Source: Pseudomonadota bacterium (GTDB lineage Bacteria > Desulfobacterota > Desulfobacteria > Desulfobacterales > Desulfobacteraceae). From it: DNA of 24,000 nucleotides. Every line of letters begins with the position of its first letter. The stretch's first letter is position 1. Below the pieces are notes generated by a model. That model was given only the letters and a program-made list of their open reading frames with translations. It did not search any database and was not told where the DNA came from. Of the stretch, positions 1-8,775 are shown one piece after another. A program made the translations under genes and the position numbers. Location of the stretch: the NCBI GenBank assembly GCA_043806875.1, contig JAZDGN010000049.1, positions 185,254-209,253 of the forward strand, given 5' to 3'.

Positions 1-30
1 GTTTGCCTTCCTTGTCCCGGAGGAAAAAAA

Positions 31-1137
31 TTGACACGGATGAAGAAAAAAGACACTGCTGCAGTCGTTGGACAAAAGGATGTTGACAGCCTTCGCTCAC
101 GCTGGTTTATCAAGGACCCGGACACGGGCCTGACCGCCCGTGAGACCATGCTGGAAAAACTCAAAACCGAGTGCCGTCCGGAAAATTCCCAGCGGCCCGT
201 CGGCCTTGATCTGAGGGGGATAAGCCTGATCAACGAAGACCTTAAGGGTCTTGATCTGTCCCTTTACGATTTCTCCCATGCCAATCTGAACCGGTCAAAC
301 CTTGCCGGCTCCAATGTCAGTTATTGTCGGTTCCAGGGAGCCAGCCTTGAAAAAGCCTGCCTGGACGAATGCGAGTTTCTGGGGTCTGATCTGAGCCATG
401 CCAGCCTGAATGAATGCACCGCAAACCGGACAGGATTCGGGGGTACGGATCTGTCCAACACCAGCATGATCGGTGCCCAGATGAACGAGTCCACCCTGAG
501 CCAGTCCAAGCTGGTTGATGCAGACCTCAGGGCCGTATCCATACGCAATTCAAGAATAACGGAGACAGACCTGTCCGGTTCCCTGTTTACCCGGGCAGTG
601 CTCCAGGGAAGCGACCTGAAAAACAGCAACGTCCTGAAAGCCAGCTTTGATCTGGCAGACATGCGGGATTGCCGTCTCCTGGGAATCCGCAATTTTGCAT
701 CGGCCCGATGGATCGGGACAGATATCCGGGGGCTTGACCTCAGGGGGGCCTACCTGGTACGGCGGCATATTGCAGATGAGAATTACCTGTACGAGTTCAA
801 GACACGCAGCCGTTCCCACGGCGCAATTTACTGGATATGGTGGTTTACTTCGGACTGCGGCAGGAGCCTGCTCAGGTGGTTTGTCTGGCTCCTGGTGGTC
901 ACCTTTGTTTTCGCCGGGATCTACACCCAGGTAGCCATCGACTACGGCGATTACAGGACAGTGTTCTCCCCGGTCTATTTCAGTATCGTCACCCTGACCA
1001 CCCTGGGTTACGGGGATGCCATTCCCATGTCCCTGACCGCCCAGATCTTTGTCACCATACAGGCGTTTACCGGGTACATGGGTCTTGGGGGCCTGCTCAG
1101 CATCCTGGGCAACAAGATGGCGAGGCGCTCGGAGTAA
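31..1137 (+). CDS. Pentapeptide-repeat domain fused to a 2-TM K+ channel pore
   Basis: Start is TTG 31, 7 nt after GGAGG (20-24); ATG 40 is an alternative. Residues ~55-245 are tandem A(D/N)LxX pentapeptide repeats (ANLNRSNLAGSNVSY, SDLSHASLNEC, ADLRAVSIRNS). The C-terminus reads TM1, pore helix, TLGYGD selectivity filter (nt 1000-1017), TM2. Confidence 0.8.
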   Translation: MTRMKKKDTAAVVGQKDVDSLRSRWFIKDPDTGLTARETMLEKLKTECRPENSQRPVGLDLRGISLINEDLKGLDLSLYDFSHANLNRSNLAGSNVSYCRFQGASLEKACLDECEFLGSDLSHASLNECTANRTGFGGTDLSNTSMIGAQMNESTLSQSKLVDADLRAVSIRNSRITETDLSGSLFTRAVLQGSDLKNSNVLKASFDLADMRDCRLLGIRNFASARWIGTDIRGLDLRGAYLVRRHIADENYLYEFKTRSRSHGAIYWIWWFTSDCGRSLLRWFVWLLVVTFVFAGIYTQVAIDYGDYRTVFSPVYFSIVTLTTLGYGDAIPMSLTAQIFVTIQAFTGYMGLGGLLSILGNKMARRSE

Positions 1138-1187
1138 CAGGAATTTTCTAATAATTCATCGTCTATCGGTGCATGTGAGGATGACCC

Positions 1188-2036
1188 ATGTTTTCGTTTT
1201 TTACCAGAAAAGTTGATCCCAAAGCCAATCTGAAAAAAGTGCTCAAAGGTTATGCGCTGCCGTCATTTCCTGCGGTCGTCATGCAGATACTCCAGAAGAT
1301 CCGGAGCCCCTATGCAACCTTTTCCACCATAGCCCAGACCCTGTCCCTGGATCCCGGACTGTCGGTCAGGCTGCTCAGCATAGCCAACTCCGCAGCCTTT
1401 TCCCCCGGGAAACGCGTTGAAAACCTATCCCAGGCCATAGCCCTTGTTGGTCTTTCCCAGGTGGAATCCCTGGTGCTCAGCGTGGGCGTATCCAAGAGCA
1501 TACCCAAGACAACCTGCCAGTGGCATGACCCGGCCCAGTTCTGGCTGACATCGGCAAGGCGGGCCATGCTGGCCGATGAGCTGGCCAAGGTCCTGTGCCC
1601 TGCCAAGGAATCCGAATGCTTTACTGTGGCCTTTCTCCAGGACATGGCCCTGCCGTTTCTTGCCTGTCACAACATTCTGGAATACGACCCCATACTGGAA
1701 AAATGGCATCTTGAGGGTGGGAGCCTGGCAGACCTGGAGCGGGAGAGGCTGGATTGGGACCATGCAGAAGTGGCCACATGGATCTGCGCGGAATGGGGAC
1801 TGCCCGAGAATATCGCCGCAGGTATCCGGGGGCATCACGACGCCAGGGTGGAAGGATATGAAAACCTGGCGCCGGTGCGCCTGGCAGCCATTCTCAGGCC
1901 TGGGGAGACCAATTCGGGTGTGGATGAAATACTGGCCACGGCAGAATCTGCCTACGGGATCGGGCCTGAAAGAATGCAGATAATGATTGATGCAAGTTTT
2001 GAACGGGCAAAGGACCTGGCACGCCTTATGGTATGA
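1188..2036 (+). CDS. HDOD domain signal-transduction protein
   Basis: GAGGA lies 6 nt upstream of ATG 1188. LPSFPAVVMQIL...DPGLSVRLLSIANSAAF...ENLSQAIALVGL is the HDOD signature. An HD-like helical C-terminal part follows (DHAEV, GHHD). Confidence 0.8.
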   Translation: MFSFFTRKVDPKANLKKVLKGYALPSFPAVVMQILQKIRSPYATFSTIAQTLSLDPGLSVRLLSIANSAAFSPGKRVENLSQAIALVGLSQVESLVLSVGVSKSIPKTTCQWHDPAQFWLTSARRAMLADELAKVLCPAKESECFTVAFLQDMALPFLACHNILEYDPILEKWHLEGGSLADLERERLDWDHAEVATWICAEWGLPENIAAGIRGHHDARVEGYENLAPVRLAAILRPGETNSGVDEILATAESAYGIGPERMQIMIDASFERAKDLARLMV

Positions 2037-2052
2037 GGTGAATAACCTGTTG

Positions 2053-2580
2053 TTACAGTGAGACCGGGCCCTGGGAATGGCGGAAAATGTGGGCCCTGCG
2101 CTCCCGGAAGTCAATCTCTGATTCAAGGTGAGCACCTAGTGCCATGGCCAGTTTCGCAGACTGGGTGTTGTCGGCGAAGATCAGGCTGATAAGCCGGATA
2201 TGGGGCAGACAGGTTGAAGCCATCTGTTTTACGGCCCTGGCCGCTTCCAGGGCATACCCTTGGCTCCAGTAGCAGCGTGCCAGGGCCCATTTGATTTCAG
2301 GTTCCGGCCAGTCAATGGGATACCAGAGTCCCACGGTTCCAAGGACTTCTCCGGTCTGCCGATGTTCAACGGCATAGGGGCCGTATCCGTGGATCTGCCA
2401 GTGTCCTATCATGCAGGCCAGGGTTCGCCAGGTTTCACCTTCAGTCAGGACCCGGCCCAGGGTATGACGGATACATTCCTCGTCCGAGTATAGCCTGTGT
2501 AGGTCTTTCCAGTCTTCTGACCTGAACTGCCTGAGGAACAGACGCGGTGTTTCCAGTTTTTCAGGTACGATGGCTTTCAC
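2053..2580 (-). CDS. GNAT family N-acetyltransferase (RimJ/RimL-like)
   Basis: GTG start at 2580 with AAAGGAA 7 nt upstream. ETPRLFLRQFRSEDW, GYGPYAVE, GEVLGTVGL and WSQGYALEAARAV resemble RimJ/RimL-type acetyltransferases. Confidence 0.75.
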   Translation of the reverse strand: MKAIVPEKLETPRLFLRQFRSEDWKDLHRLYSDEECIRHTLGRVLTEGETWRTLACMIGHWQIHGYGPYAVEHRQTGEVLGTVGLWYPIDWPEPEIKWALARCYWSQGYALEAARAVKQMASTCLPHIRLISLIFADNTQSAKLAMALGAHLESEIDFRERRAHIFRHSQGPVSL

Positions 2581-2646
2581 GGATAAATTCCTTTCTCTGC
2601 TGTGATCCGGCTATCCGGCTGGATGCGGCGTTGTCCGTGAACTGGT

Positions 2647-3111
2647 TTATCCCACGATATAGGAGCCTGTTCCCACTGCAATGAGCAGTCCGTCCTGGTT
2701 TTTAAGTTCCATGCGGGTAACCGACACCTTGTTCCCGGTGCGCATCACTGTTCCGGACGAGTAGAAGTGGGAGCCCCTGCCAGGCCTGAGATAATCGACG
2801 CGCATGTCTATGGTCCCGATATGGTATACCCGGAAAAGGATATCGTCCATGGTCGCATTTTTCATCCTGCAGATGGCCGATGCCGTGGCTGTTATCCCGC
2901 CGGTTGTGTCCAGGACCGCTGAAATGACGCCACCATGCAGGATTCCATGGGCAGGATTTCCCACAAGCTCGGGTTTCATGGGAAATTCAAGACCGGCGCC
3001 ATCGGTATCCAGGTAGGAGACCTTTATCCCCAGAAGAAGGTTAAAGGGAAGTTTTTGGTATACTTCCCGTACCTGTTCCAGGTGCGGTTTCATGTCATGG
3101 GTATCTGTCAT
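2647..3111 (-). CDS. PaaI/4HBT-type hotdog-fold thioesterase
   Basis: 154 aa with the HGGVISAVLDTTGG motif. The start overlaps the stop of the upstream gene (ATGA at 3108-3111). Confidence 0.75.
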   Translation of the reverse strand: MTDTHDMKPHLEQVREVYQKLPFNLLLGIKVSYLDTDGAGLEFPMKPELVGNPAHGILHGGVISAVLDTTGGITATASAICRMKNATMDDILFRVYHIGTIDMRVDYLRPGRGSHFYSSGTVMRTGNKVSVTRMELKNQDGLLIAVGTGSYIVG

Positions 3112-3452
3112 ATTGTGATCAGCTTTTCATTATTTTTCAGCAGCTTTGTCAGCGGGTCGCCCCAGTAGATCACTTCGATGCCCAGGTCTTCCAGGGTTTT
3201 GGTTACACCCAGCTGATCGGCGCAGGCTTTGCATGCCGTAATATGAACTCCGGCCTCCATAGCTTCCTGAATTTTCTTCTGGATATGAAGATTTTCCCCG
3301 ACAAGTTTTGCAGGGGCTCCCCAGATAATCAGGGTGACCTTTTCCCACCACCCGCGGAGCATGGCGTTGGTGGAATACATGAATACCATTTTGTCAGCAG
3401 TCACGAGATTGTCATTGGTCCATAACATGTACAGGTGGGTTTTTTCTTCCAT
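3108..3452 (-). CDS. DsrE/DsrF/DrsH-like small protein
   Basis: The ORF is open to 3602, but the conserved part begins MEEKTHLYMLWTND. ATG 3452 has an AAGGAAAA RBS; ATG 3467 is an alternative. WGAPAKL and ITACKACADQLG resemble the DrsE_2 family. Confidence 0.6.
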   Translation of the reverse strand: MEEKTHLYMLWTNDNLVTADKMVFMYSTNAMLRGWWEKVTLIIWGAPAKLVGENLHIQKKIQEAMEAGVHITACKACADQLGVTKTLEDLGIEVIYWGDPLTKLLKNNEKLITI

Positions 3453-3595
3453 GGCTTTTCCTTTCATTGCTTTGGGCCTGCCTTTGCTGGGATCGGTTCT
3501 GGTCAGCGGCAGTAGTATATTCCTACCAGTATCAATCGGGATTGTAAAGGGGCAGCAGTATGCACAGGTTAAGTTACTGCAGATTAAGTTGATTG

Positions 3596-3624
3596 TTGTC
3601 AAACCGGTGGATTTCCTTTAATGT
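3596..3624 (+). promoter_or_regulatory. Candidate sigma70 promoter for the NUDIX/M48 genes
   Basis: TTGTCA (3596-3601), 17 nt, TAATGT (3619-3624), about 75 nt upstream of ATG 3700. Sequence match only. Confidence 0.4.
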
Positions 3625-3699
3625 AGGGGTTTTTAATATATAAGACTATTTCCGGGAAACCGGGACTGTTGCCCATTTTGGCTATAAAGGCGGGCTGTC

Positions 3700-4275
3700 A
3701 TGGAAATACTGACAATGGAAAAGGTTACGGACTTCAGGCACTTGAATCTGTTTTCCCTGACCTATAAAAGCAGGTCCGGCACACCCAAATCCTGGATTTT
3801 TGCATCCCGGTCAGAGCATCCGGTGATCACCAGGGACTCGGTGGATATGCCCGATGCCGTGGTGATTGTTCCCTTTCACCGGGATCTTCAACGGCTGGTA
3901 ATCATCCGGGAGTTCAGGGTTCCCCTGGGCGGGTATCAGTACGGTTTTCCAGCAGGCCTGGTGGACAAGGGGGAAACCACCCGGCAGACTGCGGCCCGTG
4001 AACTCAGGGAAGAGACCGGTCTCACCCTGCTCAGGGTTGTGAAACAGAGCCCTCCGGTCTACTCGTCCTCGGGTATGACCGATGAGTCCGTGTCCATGGT
4101 TTTTGTTGAATGCTGCGGTGAACCTTCGGTGGCCGGGAATGAGGATTCCGAGGATATCCAGGTGATCCTTGTTTCACCTGAAGAAGCAGGTCGTCTCCTG
4201 GATGTCCCAGGCGCACGGTTTGACGTGAAATCATGGATTGTTCTTTCCATGTTTTCAGAACATGGGAAACTATAG
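3700..4275 (+). CDS. NUDIX hydrolase (ADP-ribose pyrophosphatase-like)
   Basis: NUDIX box GFPAGLVDKGETTRQTAARELREETGL. ATG 3715 is an alternative start. Confidence 0.8.
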   Translation: MEILTMEKVTDFRHLNLFSLTYKSRSGTPKSWIFASRSEHPVITRDSVDMPDAVVIVPFHRDLQRLVIIREFRVPLGGYQYGFPAGLVDKGETTRQTAARELREETGLTLLRVVKQSPPVYSSSGMTDESVSMVFVECCGEPSVAGNEDSEDIQVILVSPEEAGRLLDVPGARFDVKSWIVLSMFSEHGKL

Positions 4276-6111
4276 ATGTTTGCAAATTTTCTTTATCTTC
4301 TGGTTGCCCTGATCCTGTACACCACCTGCCAGCACCAGGGGCCAAAAGCCGTGCTGGCGGACAATGCACTGCTCTGGGCCCTGTTCATGGTTGTGGCGTT
4401 CACCGGGGTGTGCCGTCTTACGTTCCGGCGTCTGGAGAGGCTGAACTCCCTGGATCGGTCCGGAATGGACCTCCACATGGACAGGGCATTGTCCCGGCTG
4501 TCTGTTCTTGCCCTGGTAATGTTTGCGGTTGATCTCTATGGTTTGCGGCTGAAGCTCCTGTTTGCCCATATCCGCCTGTTCCAGATCTTTCCCACGGTTG
4601 AAGCCCTGGTGTTTCTGGGGTTATTCATCACCCACCTGGTGATCATCTGGGTGTTTGCCTGGAATTTTCAGAACAAGGCCTTCATGGGGCCCCTGTCCAG
4701 GAAGAGCTTTGTTATCTCCAATATTTCCTTTTCCCTGCCGGCTCTGCTACCCTGGTTTTTTCTCTCTCTCATGGCCGACATCATCCAGATTCTTCCCTTT
4801 GAGGGGCCCAAGAATTTTTTGTCCACACCCCAGGGGGAGATCTGCTATGTTGTCTCGTTCCTGTTTGCCATGGCAGCCTTCGGGCCTTACCTGATCCAGA
4901 AACTGTGGCGGTGCAAGCCCCTTGAACCCGGAGAAACCCGTGACCGCATCCAGGATCTGTGCCGCAGGGCAGGGCTCAAGGTAGCTGATATCCTCAGGTG
5001 GGAGCTGTTCGGCGGGTCCATGATCACAGCCGGTGTCATGGGGATCGTGGCACGGTTCAGGTATATCCTGGTCACCCCGGCCCTGATCTCCCTGCTGCGT
5101 CCCGATGAGATCGATGCGGTCATCGCCCATGAGATCGGCCATATCCAGAAAAAGCACATCCACTTTTACCTGTTCTTTTTTGCCGGGTACATCGCCTGCA
5201 TCTACGCCCTGTTTGACCCCCTGCTGCTGCTCCTTTACTACTCCAAACCCCTGTTCGATCTGGTGGCTGTCACCGGCATGGAACACGAGACGGCCTACAC
5301 CCTGTTTATCAGCCTGATTCTGATCAGCCTGTTCCTGGTGTACTTCCGTTTTGTGTTCGGTTTCTACATGCGCAATTTTGAGCGCCAGGCAGATCTCCAT
5401 GTGTATACCCTCCTTGGCAATGCTTCGTCCCTGGTGGACACCTTTTTCAAGATCGTCCGGTTCAGCCGTCAGTCCTCGGATAAACCCAACTGGCACCACT
5501 ACAGCATCAGCGAGCGGATAGGGTTTTTGAGGCTCTGCGAAGCCGATCCATCACATATCCTGCGCCATAACAAAAAGATCAGGGCCATGATCCTGGGGTA
5601 TATCGCTGTTATGGCCGGAATCTCAGTGATTGGCTATTCCCTGAATTTCGGGGCCGGGAAACAGGCTTTTGACCGGTTCGTCACCGGCATGGTCATCGCG
5701 CGGCAGGTCCAGACGGACCCGGGCAATACGGAAATGATGACACTGATAGGGGATTACTACTATGATGCCAAGGCCTTCGGCAATGCAGTGGACGCCTATG
5801 AAAAGGTGCTTGACTCTGATCCGGGCAATCTCCATGCCCTGAACAATCTTGCCTGGACGTTTGCCACCTGCGAGGACGAGACGGTCCGCGATTTCCCCAG
5901 GGCCCTGGCCCTGGCGGAAATGGCCCTGGCCCTGGACAGGGCGGCTTATATTTTAGATACCTATGCCGAAGCCTGTTTTGTGAACGGCCAGTACGACAAG
6001 TCCCTGGAGGCAGCCAGGGAAGCGCTGGCAAAGGCAACGGACCGCCTGGAGTATTACCGGGAACAGGTCAGGCGGTTTGAGGCCGGTGCCGGCTTGCGGG
6101 TGCGGGGCTGA
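4276..6111 (+). CDS. Polytopic M48 family zinc metalloprotease with C-terminal TPR repeats
   Basis: ATG 4276 immediately follows the NUDIX stop (TAG 4273-4275). Several TM segments flank the HEIGH motif (AHEIGHIQKKH). TPR-like repeats sit at the C-terminus (YYYDAKAFGNAVDAYEKVLDSDPGNLHALNNLAW). Confidence 0.75.
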   Translation: MFANFLYLLVALILYTTCQHQGPKAVLADNALLWALFMVVAFTGVCRLTFRRLERLNSLDRSGMDLHMDRALSRLSVLALVMFAVDLYGLRLKLLFAHIRLFQIFPTVEALVFLGLFITHLVIIWVFAWNFQNKAFMGPLSRKSFVISNISFSLPALLPWFFLSLMADIIQILPFEGPKNFLSTPQGEICYVVSFLFAMAAFGPYLIQKLWRCKPLEPGETRDRIQDLCRRAGLKVADILRWELFGGSMITAGVMGIVARFRYILVTPALISLLRPDEIDAVIAHEIGHIQKKHIHFYLFFFAGYIACIYALFDPLLLLLYYSKPLFDLVAVTGMEHETAYTLFISLILISLFLVYFRFVFGFYMRNFERQADLHVYTLLGNASSLVDTFFKIVRFSRQSSDKPNWHHYSISERIGFLRLCEADPSHILRHNKKIRAMILGYIAVMAGISVIGYSLNFGAGKQAFDRFVTGMVIARQVQTDPGNTEMMTLIGDYYYDAKAFGNAVDAYEKVLDSDPGNLHALNNLAWTFATCEDETVRDFPRALALAEMALALDRAAYILDTYAEACFVNGQYDKSLEAAREALAKATDRLEYYREQVRRFEAGAGLRVRG

Positions 6112-6178
6112 CCTTGTCAGGACTTTTCGTTTCTGGTTTCAAAACGGTGCATCTGGCTCCTGGGAATCAGAAGGATGA

Positions 6179-6796
6179 TTATTGGATCAGGTCTGCGCCG
6201 AGGTCATAGGCCTTGAGGTTAAGGGACACCTTGTCCCTGGTAAATGTCTCGGCCAGGGTCTGTTCAAAGACCTGACGGTCCAGGGGGAGGTCATGGGTGG
6301 CAGCCAGGGCCCCGGCCATGATGATGTTGGCAAAAATGGGGTCCCCCATGTCCGAGGCCAGGGCAGTGGCGTCCAGGAACCAGGCCCTGGCTGCAAGTTC
6401 CCGGACCCAGGCCTGGATTTTTTCCATGGACGGGTAGTCCAGGCGTCCCGAGATGACGCCTATGGGGTGTGTCGGCCGGGTGTTGCAGATGACCTTGACC
6501 CCGGGGTTGCCATAGGCGGTCAGGACCCTGATGGTCTCGATGGGCTCCAGGGAGACAACCATGTGTGCCATTCCCTGGGGGATCTGGGGCGACAGGGCTT
6601 TCCCGGACGAGATCCGCACATGGCTCATGACCGAGCCGCCCCTCTGGGAGGCTCCGAAGGTTTCCCCGATGGTCACGCCATAGCCCTTTTTCGAGAGCAT
6701 GGATCCGATGATGCGGGAGGAGATGACATTGCCCTGGCCTCCCACGCCAGTGATGATCAGGTTGTAGGGATCATGAATCAAATCAGGGGATTTCAT
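6179..6796 (-). CDS. iorB: Indolepyruvate:ferredoxin oxidoreductase subunit beta
   Basis: The conserved start is MKSPD...YNLIITGVGGQGN, and ATG 6796 overlaps the iorA stop (ATGA 6793-6796). The domain is the gamma type of 2-oxoacid oxidoreductases. Confidence 0.8.
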   Translation of the reverse strand: MKSPDLIHDPYNLIITGVGGQGNVISSRIIGSMLSKKGYGVTIGETFGASQRGGSVMSHVRISSGKALSPQIPQGMAHMVVSLEPIETIRVLTAYGNPGVKVICNTRPTHPIGVISGRLDYPSMEKIQAWVRELAARAWFLDATALASDMGDPIFANIIMAGALAATHDLPLDRQVFEQTLAETFTRDKVSLNLKAYDLGADLIQ

Positions 6797-8724
6797 GAAG
6801 GGCGTTCCTTTCTGGTAATGGCGCGGTTGGGGCAGACCGAGGTGCAGACCCCGCATCCGGCGCAGATGTACTCGTTGATCCGGGCCTGGTTCAACGCTTT
6901 ATCCCAGATCAGGCCCGGACAGGCAAACACCCGGGTGCAGAGCCTGTTGCAGCCGCAGTCCCCGCCCAGGCAAAGTTCCGGATCAACAGCCATGTCAAAG
7001 GCCTTGTGTCTTTTTCTTTCAGGGCTCAGGGCACAGGCCTGTCGCAGTACCAGGACCTTGACCCCATGGTCGGCCTGGATCAGTTCAAGGAGGGCTGCCT
7101 GCGTGGCCTCCAGGTCAAAGGGGTCGCAGACAACGGTTTCAGCGCCCATTGCCTGGCAGATGGACGCGATGTCCAGGCCTGGGACCAAATTCCCGCGCGC
7201 GTCCACCGGGAGTCCGGGGTGGGGCTGAAACCCGGTCATGGCAGTTCCGCTGTTGTCCAGGATCACCATGGTAAACTGTGAACCGGTGTGGATGGCATTG
7301 ACCAGGGGGGGCATACCGGAGTGGAAAAAGGTGCTGTCACCGCATACGGCCAGGACCGGTTGATCCATGCCAAAGGCTCCGAGCTTCCCGAATCCGCTGG
7401 CAAGGCCTGACCCGGAGCCCATGGAGTGAAGGGTTTTCAGGGTGAAATACCCGCCATGGAGCATGCCCATGGAATAGCAGCCGATGTCTCCGCAGGTGAA
7501 ACCCTTCCGGTTGTCAAGCTGCAGGACCGTGTTGATGGTAAAGTAGGAGGCCCTGTGGGGACATCCGGGACAGAAGGAGATCTCCCGGTCAGGGATCCGG
7601 GTTGCCATGGCAGAGGTCCTGGTCTTGTACTCATCGGTCACTGCATCATGGGCCAGACCGAACAGTCCGGCCAGAGCCTTGATGACGAGATCGGGGTTGA
7701 GTTCATTCATCACGGGGATGTGGCCGCTGTGTTTCCCGAAAAAGATGTTCCCCTGACCGCCGGTCCCAGACTCGGCTGCCAGGATTTTCACCCCTTCCTC
7801 CACAAAGGGCTGGACCTCTTCCACGAACAGGACCCTGGGGGTCAGGGCAAGGCGTTCCTGGATGAGTTTTTGGGGCAGGGGCCAGGTGGTGCCCAGTTTG
7901 AGGATGCCGACCCTGGTCGAAAGGCCCAGTATCTGAACCGCCTCCCGGCTGTACAGGCTGCAGATGGAACTGGTGATGATGAGCAGTTCCGGCCGCTCGG
8001 GTCCTTCATAGGTGTTAAAGGGCGATGTTTCGAACAGGGCCTGGGCCCGGGCAAGGCGCTGGTGCTGAAGATTTCTTTTGTATCCCACAGGCGGGGTCAT
8101 GACCAGACCGTCTGCGGGGTCCAGCATGTTGCCGTCGCAGTTGAACACTGCCTTGCCCTTGGGAGGTAGCATGTCGCCCAGAACAACCGGACCGCTGGCA
8201 TGGGAGAGACGGGTCACGGTACGCACCATGACCAGGATGCCCAGGGTTTCGGACAGTTCAAAGGCCCACCGTGTCATGTCCTTGGCTTCCTGAAAATCAC
8301 CGGGTTCCAGCATGGGGATCTCCATGAGCCTTGCGTAGTAACGGGTTTCCCCCTCATTGATGCTGGACAGGGCGCCGGGGTCATCGGCCGCGACCAGGAC
8401 CATGCCGCCCCGGATCCCGGACAGGGCCAGATGCATGAGAAAATCAGCGGCAACGTTCACGCCGGGCTGTTTCATGACAGCCAGGGCGCGCAGGCCCGCA
8501 AAGGACCCGGCAGCCGCAACTTCCAGGGCGACCTTTTCATTGACCGACCACTCTGAGTAAATGTCGGGGCATGCCTTGGACAGACGTTCGATGATCTCCG
8601 ACGACGGGGTTCCCGGATACCCGGCTGCAACGCTGATGCCGGCTTCCACCGCTCCCCTGACAATGGCCTCATTGCCCATCATCAGGTGGCGGGCTCCGGG
8701 GCTGTTCTGATTAAAAATGGACAT
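6793..8724 (-). CDS. iorA: Indolepyruvate:ferredoxin oxidoreductase subunit alpha
   Basis: ATG 8724 (MSIFNQ) has a GAGGAAA RBS. TPP-enzyme motifs are present (GYPGTPSSEI, GDSTFFHSG). The C-terminus has 2x[4Fe-4S] motifs (CAGCGVCTSVCP). Size is about 640 aa. Confidence 0.85.
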   Translation of the reverse strand: MSIFNQNSPGARHLMMGNEAIVRGAVEAGISVAAGYPGTPSSEIIERLSKACPDIYSEWSVNEKVALEVAAAGSFAGLRALAVMKQPGVNVAADFLMHLALSGIRGGMVLVAADDPGALSSINEGETRYYARLMEIPMLEPGDFQEAKDMTRWAFELSETLGILVMVRTVTRLSHASGPVVLGDMLPPKGKAVFNCDGNMLDPADGLVMTPPVGYKRNLQHQRLARAQALFETSPFNTYEGPERPELLIITSSICSLYSREAVQILGLSTRVGILKLGTTWPLPQKLIQERLALTPRVLFVEEVQPFVEEGVKILAAESGTGGQGNIFFGKHSGHIPVMNELNPDLVIKALAGLFGLAHDAVTDEYKTRTSAMATRIPDREISFCPGCPHRASYFTINTVLQLDNRKGFTCGDIGCYSMGMLHGGYFTLKTLHSMGSGSGLASGFGKLGAFGMDQPVLAVCGDSTFFHSGMPPLVNAIHTGSQFTMVILDNSGTAMTGFQPHPGLPVDARGNLVPGLDIASICQAMGAETVVCDPFDLEATQAALLELIQADHGVKVLVLRQACALSPERKRHKAFDMAVDPELCLGGDCGCNRLCTRVFACPGLIWDKALNQARINEYICAGCGVCTSVCPNRAITRKERPS

Positions 8725-8775
8725 GGTTTCCTCTTCGGCTCTCAATATTCCAATGCAGTACCGTTGCCATGACGA

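Noticed and set aside
3453-3602. N-terminal 50-aa extension of the DsrE-like ORF (MTTINLICSNLTCAYCCPF...).
   Set aside because: The extension is Cys/Thr-rich, has no RBS, and would run across the candidate divergent promoter. The conserved family region starts at MEEKTHLYM, which has its own RBS.
6128-6146. Small hairpin CGTTT-N9-AAACG between the convergent M48 and iorB genes.
   Set aside because: The stem is only 5 bp and AT-rich, the loop is 9 nt, and no T-run follows on either strand. That is too weak to call a terminator.
6797-6856. 20-aa upstream extension of iorB; likewise 8725-8745 for iorA.
   Set aside because: The internal ATGs give the canonical ATGA coupling (iorB) or a GAGGAAA RBS (iorA), and both coincide with the conserved N-termini.
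6182-7228. 348-aa plus-strand ORF antisense to iorB/iorA.
   Set aside because: It lies fully inside strongly supported minus-strand genes. The translation is Gly/Pro/Arg/Asp-rich low-complexity with no motifs and no RBS. This is the typical GC-rich antisense open frame.
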